From: Raillietiella orientalis
Taxonomy: Eukaryota
Assembly (NCBI GenBank): GCA_036172245.1
Contig: JAYWIR010000008.1
Coordinates: forward strand, 3,224,001-3,288,000
Length of the DNA stretch: 64,000 bases
Direction: 5' to 3'
The position numbers were made by a program, and so were the translations under genes. This document shows positions 13,101 through 26,296 of the stretch, one piece after another. Each line of letters starts with the position of its first letter. The stretch's first letter is position 1. The notes beneath the pieces were generated by a model, which worked only from the letters and a program-made list of their open reading frames with translations, was not told where the DNA came from and made no database searches.

Positions 13101-14972
13101 AGGTTTGCGCAAACGAAAGAGCTTCGCGAGTGGGCTGGCTGCCAGCTTAAGACGTCTACGTCCTTCGGGACGCGTTCCTGCCCTCCTCCTCCTCTTTGCT
13201 GCTTTTTCCGTGCATCGCATCGAAACTGCAGCACTGCTGCGGTTTCCGATTGTCTTGCGCACCCTGGGGAAGAGCTGGAGCAGAGGGAGGCTCGCAGGCG
13301 GGGGAAGGACTCGGCTCAGAGCCTCTGCCGGCTCGTTCCCGAAGTCCAGCTCGTCCAGGGTCAGGATCGCCGGATGCGAGCCGAGCCCGGGGGACAGGTG
13401 ACTAAACTGTTTGCGAAGGTTTGTTGAGAACTCTTCCTGGGGTTCCTGGGATCTTCCAACACAGAGACCGAACCTCCAGGATGAAATCCTTTGAGTCTCC
13501 GCATTCCACTTCCTCTGCCACTGCTACAAACCAGAACGGTGCTCAGGGAGTGCACTCCCTCAGATGGGCAGCAGCTTCTCCCGAACTTGAACCATCAAAC
13601 TGACTACCAAATAATGAGTTTTGTTACCCCCTCCCTCCCCCCTTCTTTCCTACTCCTGCCCCGTGCAGCGATCAGAAGCATTCGAGGGCGAGAATTCGTC
13701 CTCAACCAGCTTCCCTCCCTAATTGCTAGCTGATCCCCTCTTTCCTCGCGGGTGAATCAGGCAGCGACCTGATGTGGTCTTGCAAACGGGGTGAGAAACA
13801 TCAGATTTCCCTAGAGGGCTCCAGGTTTTCTTCTCAAAGTCAAAATCTCCTCCACTCGCCCCGGGCCGATCTCCCTTACAGATTCCCTCGACTTGCATCT
13901 TCACTTTGACCAAAGAGAAACGTGCGTTCTGGCCTACCTTGACCTTGAGGCGGGACGAGTGGCTGTCTGATTTTTTTTTCTTCTTCTTCGCCCTTCTTGC
14001 TCTGCACCACAGCAATAAGTCTCTTTCTGGAAATTTCTACCACGGGGATGCGTGGAAACCTTTCTAAGGGAGATGTGCTGCAACGGAAAGTTCCCTTGGA
14101 TGGGATTTCCCGGAACAGGGGTCGTCCGAAACTCGGAAACCGCTCGCCTCGCCTCTTTCTGAAGATCAGGGACTTCGCATTGGATTGTTTCTGAACCCAC
14201 CAAGGGAGGACGCACTCTGCTGTTACTTGTGGGACGATTCAAGGTCGCGGCCGGCCTCGGAACCGTCCGAGGCGAGTTGAAATTTAACAGAGGGAGGGGA
14301 GGAGGTCTTCCAAGGGGAGCAGTCCAGCATTCCCGACCTTGGTTCATTCGACAACCACGTCCGGTCTGGTGCCTCCGCGTTCGCATTCTATCACGAGCTG
14401 ACCCTTTTGTCTGAGGGCGCGGGCGGGTAGTTTTTTGCTCTTCGGGGTCGAACACCAAACGCAGCAGCGGGAAACGCGTTCCCCTTCACTTTGGGAGGGG
14501 TCATCTTTCCCTGAGGCCATTCCTTCAGCTCTCGCGCGAACCAACGTTCGTCTTCCAGCGAAACGACAAAGAAGGCCAACTCTTCCAGAGCGATGAGCTC
14601 TTTCTTTCGCTGAAGAGAATCGTGTGGCCTCCGGTTCGAATTTCCAAGCACCATCCAATCCTGCGCACCCCTACCCCCTTTCTCTCGTCGTCCCCGACCG
14701 CCTCCCGGGATCCCTGCTTGCCATCCGAGTGGCTGCTGCTGCACGAGAAAACGAGGCCCCCACTCCCTTTTTTTTCGGGCAGCCGGACTCCGTTTCCATT
14801 CCGTTTCCGAGGACCCGAATGCCCAAAAAGCAAAGGGAAAGTCAGCAAAGAGCGGACGAAACGTCGCCAACTCTGGATGGGGAATTCTTGCACCGGAACC
14901 TCCCCTCCTCCTTTTCATTCCCCATCCCTCGAGAAGCCGCTGTCGCCATAATTTCCTTTATCCGACCGACAG

Positions 14973-15142
14973 AGTGAGATACAACGGAGCTGCCTGCGAT
15001 GACCACACAGGGATCCGGGCGTTTCCTGAGACACCTTTGCCTCGACTCTCTGCCAGACAAGCAGCAAACGAGAAGCAGCAGCAGCAACAACAGCTGTATA
15101 GCGGCCTGCAATACCATCACCTCCTGCAACCAAATCCAGCAG
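14973..15142 (+). CDS. IA-2: IA-2 exon: VRYNGAAC...QQQQQQLYSGLQYHHLLQPNPA
   Basis: Acceptor after atttcctttatccgaccgacag and donor gtgagt; 170 nt, phase 2-1, fitting both neighbours. Carries a further Cys and a short polyQ. Confidence 0.75.
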
Positions 15143-18100
15143 GTGAGTCCTCTCTCCACTCTTTCTGCCTCCTCCGGTTCGGTCGGCGCCGGAAAGTTTT
15201 TGGAAGGAGAAAAGGGGTCTGGTGGAAGGCGCCGAATTCTGGTCCTCCCCCTACCCCCTATTCTACCGATGCGCGTGGCCATGTCCCCGAGTGGTCCCCA
15301 GCCGAAGGCACAGGGTCCCCCTTGCTGCCTCTCTAGCCGGTTGCGTCGGCACAGAGCGTTGCTGTTTCCCCGACCTGGGGACATCGGCGAGTTGCCTCAG
15401 GCGTGCGCCCGTTTCCCCCGCGGTCGTTTCCGGGAAGCTGCTCCTGGTCGCCCACGCTCCCCTAACAGCTCAGCTCCCCGTCGACGAGAGCGAGCAGGCG
15501 GCGACCGAAGACTGGGAGACCAGTGAAGAGCCGCCGACTCCGCGTGCCTCCGCGAGGGCCGGTTCGCAGCCATGGAAGAGCGTGAGACGCCCGCCAGCCA
15601 CGAAAGAGGACGCGAGCGGTATGGAAACCGCGCCCGCCCATTCTTGTGCTCACTGTCCGCCCCGAATCCGCGCCCGCCACTCCAGCAGGGGCGACTCCAA
15701 CCCTTCCATCTGGAGGGGAAACGCGTCCCTCCATCGGGCGGTGTTCGGCACGGGGACTCCCTGAGGCGAGGCTTCCTGCTGCCGTCAGCTGACCCCCCTC
15801 CGCGTCCCCCCCGTCCGGGCCTCTTCCCCCCTCCAGGCGATCCGGATAAGCCGACCGATGGAGCTCCTCGCGTAGCTGCTGTACCGACGAGATCGCGATG
15901 GTTCTTGGCGCTCTTCACGCCTCTCTCGACTCCCCGCCGTGCCTTGCCGCAGAGAGAGGTGTGTGTCCCCTGTTTTCGGGCTCTGCGTGCCGGCGTCAGA
16001 CGGACGCCGAGCAGTGCATCGGGTCCAGAGGCTGGTCTCCCGGAATCCTTGGTGATATATCCTTGGTGGAGGAAGAAAGAGGGGAAGAAAAGGACTCTGG
16101 ATGGAAAATTCTTTTATCAGAGTTTTCTTCTTTTCTTTCCTGCCTTTCCTTTCCGTGATTCCTTAGATTCCCTCCCGAATACCGGCAATTTTTCCTCAAT
16201 CTTCCGCCTGGAATTCCCTCCTCTTGCAGAGGAGAGCCCGGCGGGAGCGCAGCCTCGAAAGTAGGGACGACGTCGACAAGGTGACTCGAGCGGTCCCTTC
16301 GCTCCCTCAGCAACCTCCTTCGGGAGCACTGGGGGTGCAGAAATAGCCCCGGCACGAGTCGCCCGGTATCGCACCGCGCGCGGATTTGCCATCCCCTCTG
16401 TTCCGCATTCCCATGAGGACATCTCAAGGAGATCGATTGACGCTCCCGAAGCACGATGACGCGGTGGGCATTTTGGAAACCGACCGCACCAGCCACGCTT
16501 CCAGAATGGGATGACAAAGGTGCGCGCTTATTCTTCTCGAAGATGACGCTGTCAGTTTGCCGGGGGAGGATGGATGGATTGGCGCGAAAGAAAGGGTAGG
16601 ACCGGCCCTCCCTCAGACCTCTCTTTTGGGAGAGTAGGGCGCCTTCCGCGAATTTGTGGGGAAAGGGGAGAGACTGCCGTTAGGTTGGGTGACAGAGGGA
16701 GATTCGTCGATCCCAGGGTAGTCGCTGTCACAAGGCAACTTCTTGAGGGCAAAACACGGGGAACCTCAGGTGAAGGGAGCCGTTCGGGATCGTTCCCGAA
16801 TGCATCCCTCGATTTCCAGAGGATCGATGGAAGCGGTTTCCTTGGCTTCCGAACTTCCGCTTCCTCCCGTCTTTTCGGTTTCCGCGAGTGCAGGGAACGC
16901 GAGGCGTGGCGCTTTCCCTCCATCCTGCTTACCATGTTTGCTGTGGGGCTCAGCGCATGCCTTCCAGTAAGGGGAAAGGATGGCTAAAGCATCCCTCCTG
17001 TGCCCCGCCCCCCGACGCCCCTCTTGCGGAAGTGCGCCGTGTCGCACTGAAGAGCTCCTCCCAAGTGGTCCACGAGGTTGCTCCTCAAGGTCGAGTTCTT
17101 TCCGCTTCGCGGGAGAGGATCTTCGAGGAGGGCGGCGCTCTTCGGCTCACGGCCCAGGCGGAACCGACCGCCTTGCCACAACCGGCCTCCCTCTACCCCC
17201 CTTTCTGAGTTCAAGCGCGCACCGTACCGGCTCCGGACAGGATGCTGCCCTCGGAGGGATGTCTCTCTTACAGTATGCTCCTCTCCTGTGAACGCTCTGG
17301 AAGAACGGTCGCCCCGGCGGAGGTCTGGGAGAAGGGGGGGAGGGAATGGGCTGCGCCCACGGAGATAGATGGCCGCTCGAAGACCAATCGCCGTCGTTGT
17401 GTGCCGCGGGAGCCACGCCGGCCCTCATCCAGCAACGCAGGTGCGAAATAGGAAATTCCCCTGAGGAAGGGGGAAACAGGCAACAAGGGGAGCTGGACAT
17501 ACTACCGACCATGCCAGAAAATGCTGACAAATGGCCAGCGCAGCGTCCTGGAAAATAACATGAGGCTACATCCCAAGGAATCGGAGTTTCCCTAGGACAA
17601 GTCATTCAGAAGTCGGCTGGCGGGGTTCAGAGGGGGGGGGAAAGATTTGAAACTTGTGGAGCGCGGAAGAGCCTTGATGGTGGAAAGTAAGGGAGGGAAA
17701 GGTTAAACTGAACGAAGAGACTTCAGCAATGAGGGAGCAGGACGAACGGCTGTCGGAGGCATCTCCGCACCAGAAACGCAGTCTTCGTCAGCAGATTGAA
17801 AGAAGCGCAAGCGAAAGCAGCATCCTGCTCAGGCAGCTGCTACCAGCATGCCACAGCGCAGGAGGCCATCGTCAAAACGGGAGTGGAACAGAGATCCCTT
17901 CCACTGCAGTCTTTCGCTGCCTTTGGCGACGTCAGGCGAGGCTGCATCTGTGCATCCAGCTTCACGGATTTTATCCACAGATGCGCGCCTTCACGACATT
18001 TCCAAGAGACGCAGCCTTACGCTGCCGAGCAAACATCCGCGCGTCCTTTCCAAGAGAGCAACAGCTGCAGGGTTTTCCCACCAGTTCCAGCGGCATCGAG

Positions 18101-18279
18101 CAAATGTGTTGCCTCTTTCTTATCTGCGGTAATCCCCGAAGGCTCGCCTGTTGAATGCGGCTCCGGGAACGGGTCAGGCAAATCAACACGGATGGTCAAC
18201 GGGGACACCGCACGACATCCGTCTCGCAGTGCCAGGCGTGCACTCGACCTTAACGCGCGCGCTTCCGGGACTCTGAGCC

Positions 18280-18608
18280 ATTCCGCATCCTGCCGGCTTC
18301 GTGCTGCAGAGCGTGGTTGTCCCCGTCGTGTCCCAGGAGAACCCACGTCTGTTTTGCACGAGAAGTCTCCATTATTCGAAAGGATTTTTCCGTTGCCGGA
18401 GTTTCGATGGATCACCTTGCGGATATTTTCCATGACTGTGCAACGAATCCCTACTTGGAAGATGTGCACGAGGCGATCCATCAAAACCCCGGCAACAGAA
18501 AAATCCTTTGAAATCATGGAGGCTCCTCGTACCAAACAGACGTGGGCTCGCCTGGGACGCGACGGGGACAGCGACGCTTTGCAACGGGACGCTGACGGGA
18601 TTCTGAAT
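18280..18608. repeat. Long imperfect palindrome (arms 130-150 bp, 23-nt loop)
   Basis: 18303-18432 aligns without gaps to the reverse complement of 18456-18585, with about 23 mismatches by manual count. Weaker pairing extends to 18280/18608. Confidence 0.9.
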
Positions 18609-20329
18609 CCTGAAAGAGTTGAATCATCCACTTCCGACGTTGCTTCATTAGGAGGCTTGCTGAGTTCGGCTGCGTTGTGCTTAATCATTTTCGGTAGATG
18701 ATTACTGAGTCCCGATCCGTCACCCGAGATGACACTGTCAGGTCCATAGCTTGCAGCTCCGCTTTCAATTATCCACCCATATCATCATCATCTCCTTTGG
18801 CAATAATGATACGTATATTCTCCTAAATTGCCACCTTTTTTAAAACTACCCTTATATTTTTAATTTCTTTAATAGTAATGCCATCAGCTACTACATGACT
18901 GTCATCGTGTAGGTTAATTTTTAACCGTGTCTGTTCTTTACTCCCTGTCTACTTCTTCTTAAGATTAATTTTACCTTGCCAACTGCTTACGTGACCCTCC
19001 GCGTTGTGAGTCGCAAGTAATTACTGTTTCATCAATCTCCGGTAGTTTACTGGGTGATTTATATGATCTACGTGCTCTGTTTGCTCATCTCTGTGATAGG
19101 TTTTGAGTTTACATCAACAGACGGATTCTCGGGAAACGCTGAGGCACGGGACCCATTTTTCCTGCTGTTTCGCTTGATTCTGGAGTCTTCCGAGGTTCCC
19201 GACGAAACTGAAGTGGGACCTAAAGCAGTTCCTAATTGTGCCTTTGGTTTCATCGTTCTCACCAAGTATAAGTTTCGGAAGATTACAGAAGATATCGGTC
19301 GCTGAATTATTGATCGATTTTTCCAACTTGCCACCCAATACCACCGTACCTTCGGTCGCATCCGTTTCCGATGCACTTGCACCAGTGCTGTCGTCATCAT
19401 CCGTTGCTCAGAGTGAGTCTCGTCCATACTTCCGCTAATAGCAATGTGGCACTCTCGTGGGAGTGAATTGCATTTGATGGACCAAAGGTCTGGCGGCCAT
19501 CATCATCTTTTTCACCAGCGTCTTCTGCTTCACTCTTTCCACCCGCTGAGGTCGGTTGCACTGTTCTTTCCTGTTCGTGTCCGGCAATCTCATCTCAAGT
19601 TCTCGTGTACGAGTTCTATGCACACGCATGCAGCACGATTCGATCGATGGCGGGATGTTCTGTACAGTTCCGTCCAGCCCGAACAGAAGCACCGATAAGA
19701 AGCGAGTGGGCAGCTCGTACCTGGCAGTTGCACTCTTTCTCACCCATGGCCAGCTCGGGACGAACGAGTGGCCGTCGAAGAACCTACGACCGGCAGAAAC
19801 CTGAAGGCGCCTCTTCAGGCGTAGCGGAAACCAGGACCGTTCGGTGGTCCATCATCACGTGATGTTGCACTTTCCCCTTTCGCTCAATAGTTCGGGTGCC
19901 AGCAAGTTGGCGAAACCCTTTTTTTTTTTTTTTTTGCTTCCCCCGCCTCATTGAATGAAAGTTCCCCCCTCGCCCGCTGATTTTGGACCCTGTTCCGAAA
20001 ATCCTCCCGAAAATTCCCCCCCACTTTACTATTTAACCCATCCCTCGACAGACCGGCACGCCCTACGATTTTCACGGAACCCCCGCCGCCACCCCAACAG
20101 CGCGGGAATTCCGTGTAGGCCTTTTGGTGTTAAATGAAGGAACCGGTTTCCCCGATTCCACGGGGGCCGCTCACTCCCATCCCAGAGGGATCTTAAGGGC
20201 CGGAACCCGATGATGACCAAGGTTTTTTTTTCGAAACGTGTTCGGCTCCTGCAACACTTCTAGCCTGTGCCTGTGCGGTGTCTCCTGCCCAGCCCCTGCG
20301 TCCGCTCTGCGGTTTTTGCAGCGCCCACC

Positions 20330-20950
20330 GAATAAAAATAAATACACGTCACATGTGTTCATACATAGCATGGATGTACGTGAAATGAATATGAAAGTAT
20401 CGAATTATGAACGCACGTACCTATGGAACGATCGAAATGCCGAAAATAAAATTCCTCCATTGTTGAGGAAGTTTCGTTTCCTGGGCGCCGGAAACGACAG
20501 CATGAGGAAATGCCAAATTCCCCTTAAATTTTTTTTACGTTGTTTTGCTTTTTTAATTTTTTTTCCCCACTATATTTAATCGTCACCATTGTTTGTCATT
20601 TTTTTATAATTCGACAGTTATACATTCCTTTAATATATATTTATTACATACATTTACGACATAATAAACAAATGTATTTATTTTTATGACCTTTAATACC
20701 TATTATTAATTATGTTAATAATGTTTATGTTAATAAACATGAATCAATGTATGTCTTAAAATAATATTAATATAAATACATACGTGTCTGAAAATAATTT
20801 TTTTATTATAATCTATATACGAATGTACATAATAAGCATATATGTTCATTTTTTTGGATAATTTCATAGCGTACATTAATCAATCCACATGTGAGCTTAC
20901 ATATTATTATATAAAATAAACACATGTATTTATTTTTAAGACCTTTCAGG
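20330..20950. mobile_element. AT-rich foldback/MITE-like element, copy 1
   Basis: 20400-20740 aligns directly with 28780-29130, and 20830-20940 is the reverse complement of 28475-28580. Confidence 0.6.
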
Positions 20951-20959
20951 ATTTTGAAC

Positions 20960-22850
20960 CGAACCTGTTTTTGACACCAATTAGTTTCCGCTTTACTTTG
21001 TGGGAATCTTCTCGTTCATCCAAGTTCACTTGTTAATCACGAACTTTTTTAACGTCCTTTCTCCCCCCTCTAAACAGACAAATCGGTCTGTCCTCTTTCT
21101 TCCTTCCTGACCGAGAAGCATAGTTACAACGATAAAGGATGGATTTTCCGCTTATCTTTTTCCGATACCCATTCAATAGCTCCGTGTAAAAGTAACGGTC
21201 ATGCACAATTACGATTCCAGTTTACCTTGTGTGCTTGAAAACAGTCTCCAAGACACGGAGCAGTATTTGAATGATCTGTAGGTTCAATGAAAGATAATGC
21301 ATCAGATTTTCCTGGTCAAAGCTCACGTGATGCAACTTCCGCTGCTATTCTTTTTTGCCCATTGCAGAGCAAGCACAACCATCTGATATTTCTATACATT
21401 TATTCTTTGTCGTAACTCCGCTTGTATGCTTTAAAAGTTCCCACATCCCTCATTACTATTGACTATGCAGTTCAACATCCCATTTTCATCACTGAATTCT
21501 TCTTCTGACGTTGCTCGATTCCCCGTTATCAAACGCACCTTCGTTACTGTTAAGAACGCGCTCCCGTGGTGAGTAGACAACCCGAATTCCAAGAGCCATA
21601 AAGGTCGCTACCTCGAAGCTTCCACAGACATCTGCCGCCACTCTAAGAAGGGTGGACTTTCCCTGACCTATCATTCCAGGTTCAGCTGGAGGTAAGGGTG
21701 AAAGTTCCTTCCATAATTTGCTCAGCATGGACTGCTTTACTCTTGCTGTACAAACACACTGGCGTGACACGCAGTCCACACATGAGTAAAACAGATCGAA
21801 CCCTACTAATGGGACGCGTGGGTAATTCCATCTAGAAAACCAAAAGCCTGTCGTTTTGCAAAATGCCGAATGTGGTTTCGATCCTACGGTTGAGGTTCCA
21901 AGAGTGGTTCCAAGGTTGCGTCTTGCTTTCCACAAGGAATGGTTCGGGGAACCTGTTGGTCCAAGCAACCGTGCAAACACCAACTTACCTTCGAGTGAGA
22001 ACACTGGATGTACGAAATCCCGGCACCATGGTACATTGATTAGTGAGGTGACGTTGGCAAGAAGCAGCAATCTAATAGAAAATCAAGGGCACTTGTCTAA
22101 TGACGGAACAGAAATATCTATGCTCGCTCCCCACCCCCACCCCAGCTGGCTGCAACAGCCCGGAAGGCATAAATAGGGCACCCACCTCTCTTCTTGGTCA
22201 CACACTAAATTGGAAAAAGCATTCCTTCCACATTTTAGAGATGCAGTGTTTATGGACCGGTTCGAAGATCTTGCTTATAACGAGCACATAGTTACAAGTG
22301 ATCTCGCTGTGGATTTGACTCATTGGCATTCTAAGATTATGGGGGTTTTGCAATCAAAAATTTGACAAATTACTCGTTCGTTCTTTCAGCTGACCACTGA
22401 AACCATTACTAGCAATCCCCACCGGTCAATAAACCGACTCATTTACGAATATTTCCATCTCATCATTATTTTAGATGCAAATGTTTTGACCAGTTAGTCG
22501 ACCTGTCCTGTTCGGGAAAAAAAAAGAAAAAAGGCCCACCAGCAGCCATTCAAAAATTTGCCCACTTTTCTCACGAATAATATTTCTGGTATTAGAAGCC
22601 GGTTTTTTGACTGGATTGGGATGCTGTGCCGGTCCCTGATTGATGCACTTGTTTCACTGGAAGGACAGGAGAAAGATCTTCAACAGCTCCTTGCGCGAAC
22701 TCTCTCTGGGATCTAATCATCTAATTTTCGGGGAAGAAACGAGGAATCTCCATGAACCGCTGTCGGCTCGCATCAAGCTCTTCTTCCACCGTTGTTCTCC
22801 TGTTCGATCAGCAATGATGTGCTGATAATGTGCTGGCCATAAATTCACTC
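20960..22850 (-). mobile_element. Decayed Penelope-like retroelement RT region
   Basis: Minus-strand motifs in order: YPRVPLVG, LSKLWKELSPL, DVCGSFEVATF (SFDV motif), MYR.ISDGCA..MG, LGDCF (degenerate YxDD), GYRKKISGKSIL. AT-richer than the flanks and ends against the foldback element at 20950. Confidence 0.55.
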
Positions 22851-23424
22851 TTGCATTATCTCGCTTAAGATAACATTCCTAACAGCACCTGCCAGCTAAG
22901 GTCAGGAGTATCTTCACCACCTTTTCCATCCCGCGTTGATTAAAACGGTTATCGGCTTAATAGCATCCATTCTTTCAGTTTCTCAACTGTTCCTCCAATA
23001 GAACCAGGAGGCCACTTTTATTACGTCGATGAGCCATCTCTGGGAATTAAAATTGAGCTCTCCGCGTCCATAAGATTACACGAGGACGGGAACAGGGCTA
23101 CAGCCACATCCTGGTCGCGTGCAATAGAATCGGGAAGCCAATCTTCTTGGCTTCGCGTAGCCACTCCACATGCATGGAAAGGGGCGCATGAATTTCAAGG
23201 GCTGCCGTGAGTCAGATGCCTCCACGGGGATTATGGTCTACTTTATTGTTTCTGGACTTCTACGTGGAATTCCCAATGAACGACCACTCCCTCGTGCTTG
23301 CGCCTCCGGACGTGCACTACACCCAGGGTAATTGCCACCCGTGCCCTCTGATGAACGGATCGTTCAGCTAGGAGGAACGCCGGGCGGCGAACCGTGGAAG
23401 CGAAGCTAGGCGGAGAAGAACACT

Positions 23425-24105
23425 TCTGTTGGGATGCTGCGCCCCAGCACCATGAAGTTGTCCTGTAGGCTTCAGGTGCAGGAAACTGGTGGAAGCAGAC
23501 GGAAAACCCCCAATATCCCCGTTGACAGGCAGGGATCGGAACCTCCAGGGTTCCCTTCCGGTTGTGAGAATGGAGTTCTCCATAGAGTACCACGGAGCTG
23601 GTTGGTGCCTCTCCAGAGTGTAAGAAGCAGCGCGCTGCTCCCTTCGGAAAGCGACCCTTCAGGGAAATTGGGAAGCATCCGTTCGGGGTTCTCTTCAGAG
23701 GAGGAGGAAACAGGAAGCAGATCCTTTCCGGGGGGCCCTCCGGAAAAGAAATTCCAGGAGCGGATCTTCCGGGTTCCCTTCGGAGAAGAAATGCGTAGTT
23801 CATCCCATTTCGGGGAGAATAAGAAAGAGGAGATTCCCTTCGGAATTCTCTTTGGAGACAACCAGGGTGGAGGGTTCCCTCCCAAGCGCAACCTCCATTT
23901 GGAGCCCTTCCTGGATTCATAGGGTGATCCCTTCGAGGTTATTCCCATGTAACTTGAAGAGTTGCTGCATGCACCCTCGAATGGAGCACCCTTTGTGTCC
24001 CCCCCCCCCTTCCCCACAGAGGCGAACGGCCCTTCAGCACTCCCTGAGAACCAAGGAAAGAAAGAAAGAAAACCTGAAAGAAAGGGAAGAAAGGAAAAAA
24101 AATCT
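23425..24105 (+). mobile_element. SINE-like dispersed repeat family A, copy 2
   Basis: Same body, with ~40-bp internal subrepeats (..ttcccttcggagaagaaat..) and an A-rich tail at 24050-24102. Confidence 0.7.
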
Positions 24106-25189
24106 TAAGGAAACCAGAACCCCGAAGGATTCCCTATCACTCTGAGATCCATGCCGGCACCGAGAAGGGTCCCGGTGCCAAAGAAACCCCGGCCAAAGTC
24201 TCCGAGATCCGGAAGATGGAACGAGTCATGACGCGGCAGTCCGGAGAGCAGAACACAGGTGGCTCGAGGATGGACGGAAGAGGATCCAGGCGAGGGCGGA
24301 AGCAACGAGCAGAGACGATGCGACCTGCCCCCGTCGCCCCGAGCTCGTCTGAGGATTGCGATCTCCGGCCGCGAGTCGCGCCCGCAGAAGGACTGATCCC
24401 AAGTAGCACCATCAGCACCATCCCGAGGGAACTTTCCCGGCGATCATCGGGATGCCTTCGAAAGAGCCGTCCGGCCGAACGGAATCTCGGCCCACGTGCG
24501 CGCGCAGAGTTGATCAGCCGCGGGGGCTGCTCGACCGCAGGATGCCGCCCTGCAGAGTCCGAACGGCCTTCCTTGACGGCAGACGAGGAAGAAGGTGAGA
24601 CTGACCATCCCCCCCAGCGCAGAACGGAGGTGCGCTCCAAAGGGGAGGGGGAAACTCCCTTGACAGTACGACGTCATTGCCATGGCCCCACGACATTCAT
24701 TCTGCATCCCTGGGTCGCAGATTTAGAAAGCGTACAGGAACAGTTCCGGAAGCGGCGGTTTCACTTCCGGATTCGTAGTCCGCACAACGCTGGGGGTTCA
24801 GCGAATGCTCCCAGCGACGCCCCTCTTCTGCGTGCTTCCTCGAGAAGAAACCAACGCCCCACCACCGAGTTTCTTCGCTCCGATTGCCACAGGGGGCTCT
24901 TCAGTCGATCTCACTTCTCCTCTTCTCCGCTGCTGGTCGTCACCCTCGGCTTCTGGCAAGCACTCCTTCGCTCGGACAAACGGACTGGGCGTTTATGAGC
25001 CGTCCCCCACTTGTTCCCATCTCTCACCATCCTCCCGCCGAGCTTCTCCACCGGGAAGGCCCTCGAAGGAAAAGCGGCATCCGGGACCACCCTTTCTTGG
25101 CCATCTTGGCCTCCGTATCATCTCCGTCTTGCGTTCATGACTGACGGAAGTAAGACGGTGCGTGGAAGGGGGGGGGGGGGAAACGGAAG

Positions 25190-25773
25190 GGGAAGAACGA
25201 GGGTGTTGGACGGGAAGGGAGAGCGAAGGAGGGGCTCGCAGAGGAGCCCCAGTTCCGAGAAGCGCCGGCAGCGGCGCTGCGAAACACAAGGTGCTTCGCA
25301 GAGGCCCGCCGGTCTCCGAAGACGGGCGGGAAAAGTCGCCGGAGGCTCCCGTGGGGGCGGGCCGTCGACTTGCGAGAGAGGGGGAGCAACTGAGGAAGAG
25401 GAGGAAGGGGAGGAGAGGGTTCTGCGGAGAAGCACGGCGGCCCTTCGCGCGGCACGCGGGAGCGCGGAAAATACGCGCGCCGACCCCCGCAGCCGGGTCG
25501 TGGAACGCAAATCTCGAGGGCACCACGTCCGGAAGGCGAAGAGGGACGCCGGGGTCCAAGCAGGCGCGCGTTGCGCGCACGCTCCACCGCGGACGCGAGC
25601 GTCGGCGTCTCCCCCGTCTCTCCGGTGGCGGCGGTCAGGGATCGTCGGCGTCCAGCCGGGAACGGTGGGGCGAGGCGACTCTACGGACGAGAAGGGGAGG
25701 TCAGAGACGGAGGGACGGCAGCAGCGAACGCGCATCCCGGGGAGGCGTTCGCCCCAGAGCTGATCCGCGACCC
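25190..25773 (+). repeat. Left arm of ~580-bp GC-rich inverted repeat pair
   Basis: Reverse complement of 32690-33272; 25416-25672 appears identical to the reverse complement of 32790-33046. Confidence 0.95.
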
Positions 25774-25994
25774 CACCAGGGGGCGGAACCAAGCTCCGTC
25801 CCGCGACCAACAGCACCCACTCCTTGGTCGTGGGTGCTGCAGCAACTTCTCGGACAGTCTGGAGATCTGCTCGCCAGCTGAGACATCTTGACCTCGGTAG
25901 CAACACGCCTCGAGACGCGCTCTCAGGGAGGTCACGGAACACTTCCCGTTCTTCTTCAGCAACATCGGTTTCTCTGAGCATCTTTTGTCCCCAG

Positions 25995-26111
25995 TGCCCA
26001 TGCAACACCGCACAGAGGGATGGATCGAGAAGCAGAGAGGTCCGTCAGACCTGCATGATGACCCCGGAGGAAAAGGAGCCAGGAACCCCCTCCAGCGCGA
26101 GAAGACGCAGG
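25995..26111 (+). CDS. IA-2: Probable IA-2 pro-region exon: VPMQHRTEGWIEKQRGPSDLHDDPGGKGARNPLQREKTQ
   Basis: Strong acceptor tcttttgtccccag and donor gtgagg; 117 nt, phase 1-1, open. No conserved motif, so the call rests on splice signals and phase. Confidence 0.6.
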
Positions 26112-26296
26112 GTGAGGCTTACGTGCACAACAAGAACACTCGCTCCTGGCCGCACCTGGCCTACGGAAGGATGAGGCTGGAATCCCGGAGACCCAACCCG
26201 TTCTCCCTGAATCGCCATGGCAATGTTCCGGCGATACGCCCCACAACAGGACTTGGGATAGATCGCGTTAGTATCCCGCGGATCGGTGTCGAATAG

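Noticed and set aside
24556..24594. Possible 39-nt phase 1-1 IA-2 exon (ESERPSLTADEEE)
   Set aside because: The donor gtgaga is fine, but the acceptor lacks a pyrimidine tract and nothing else supports it.
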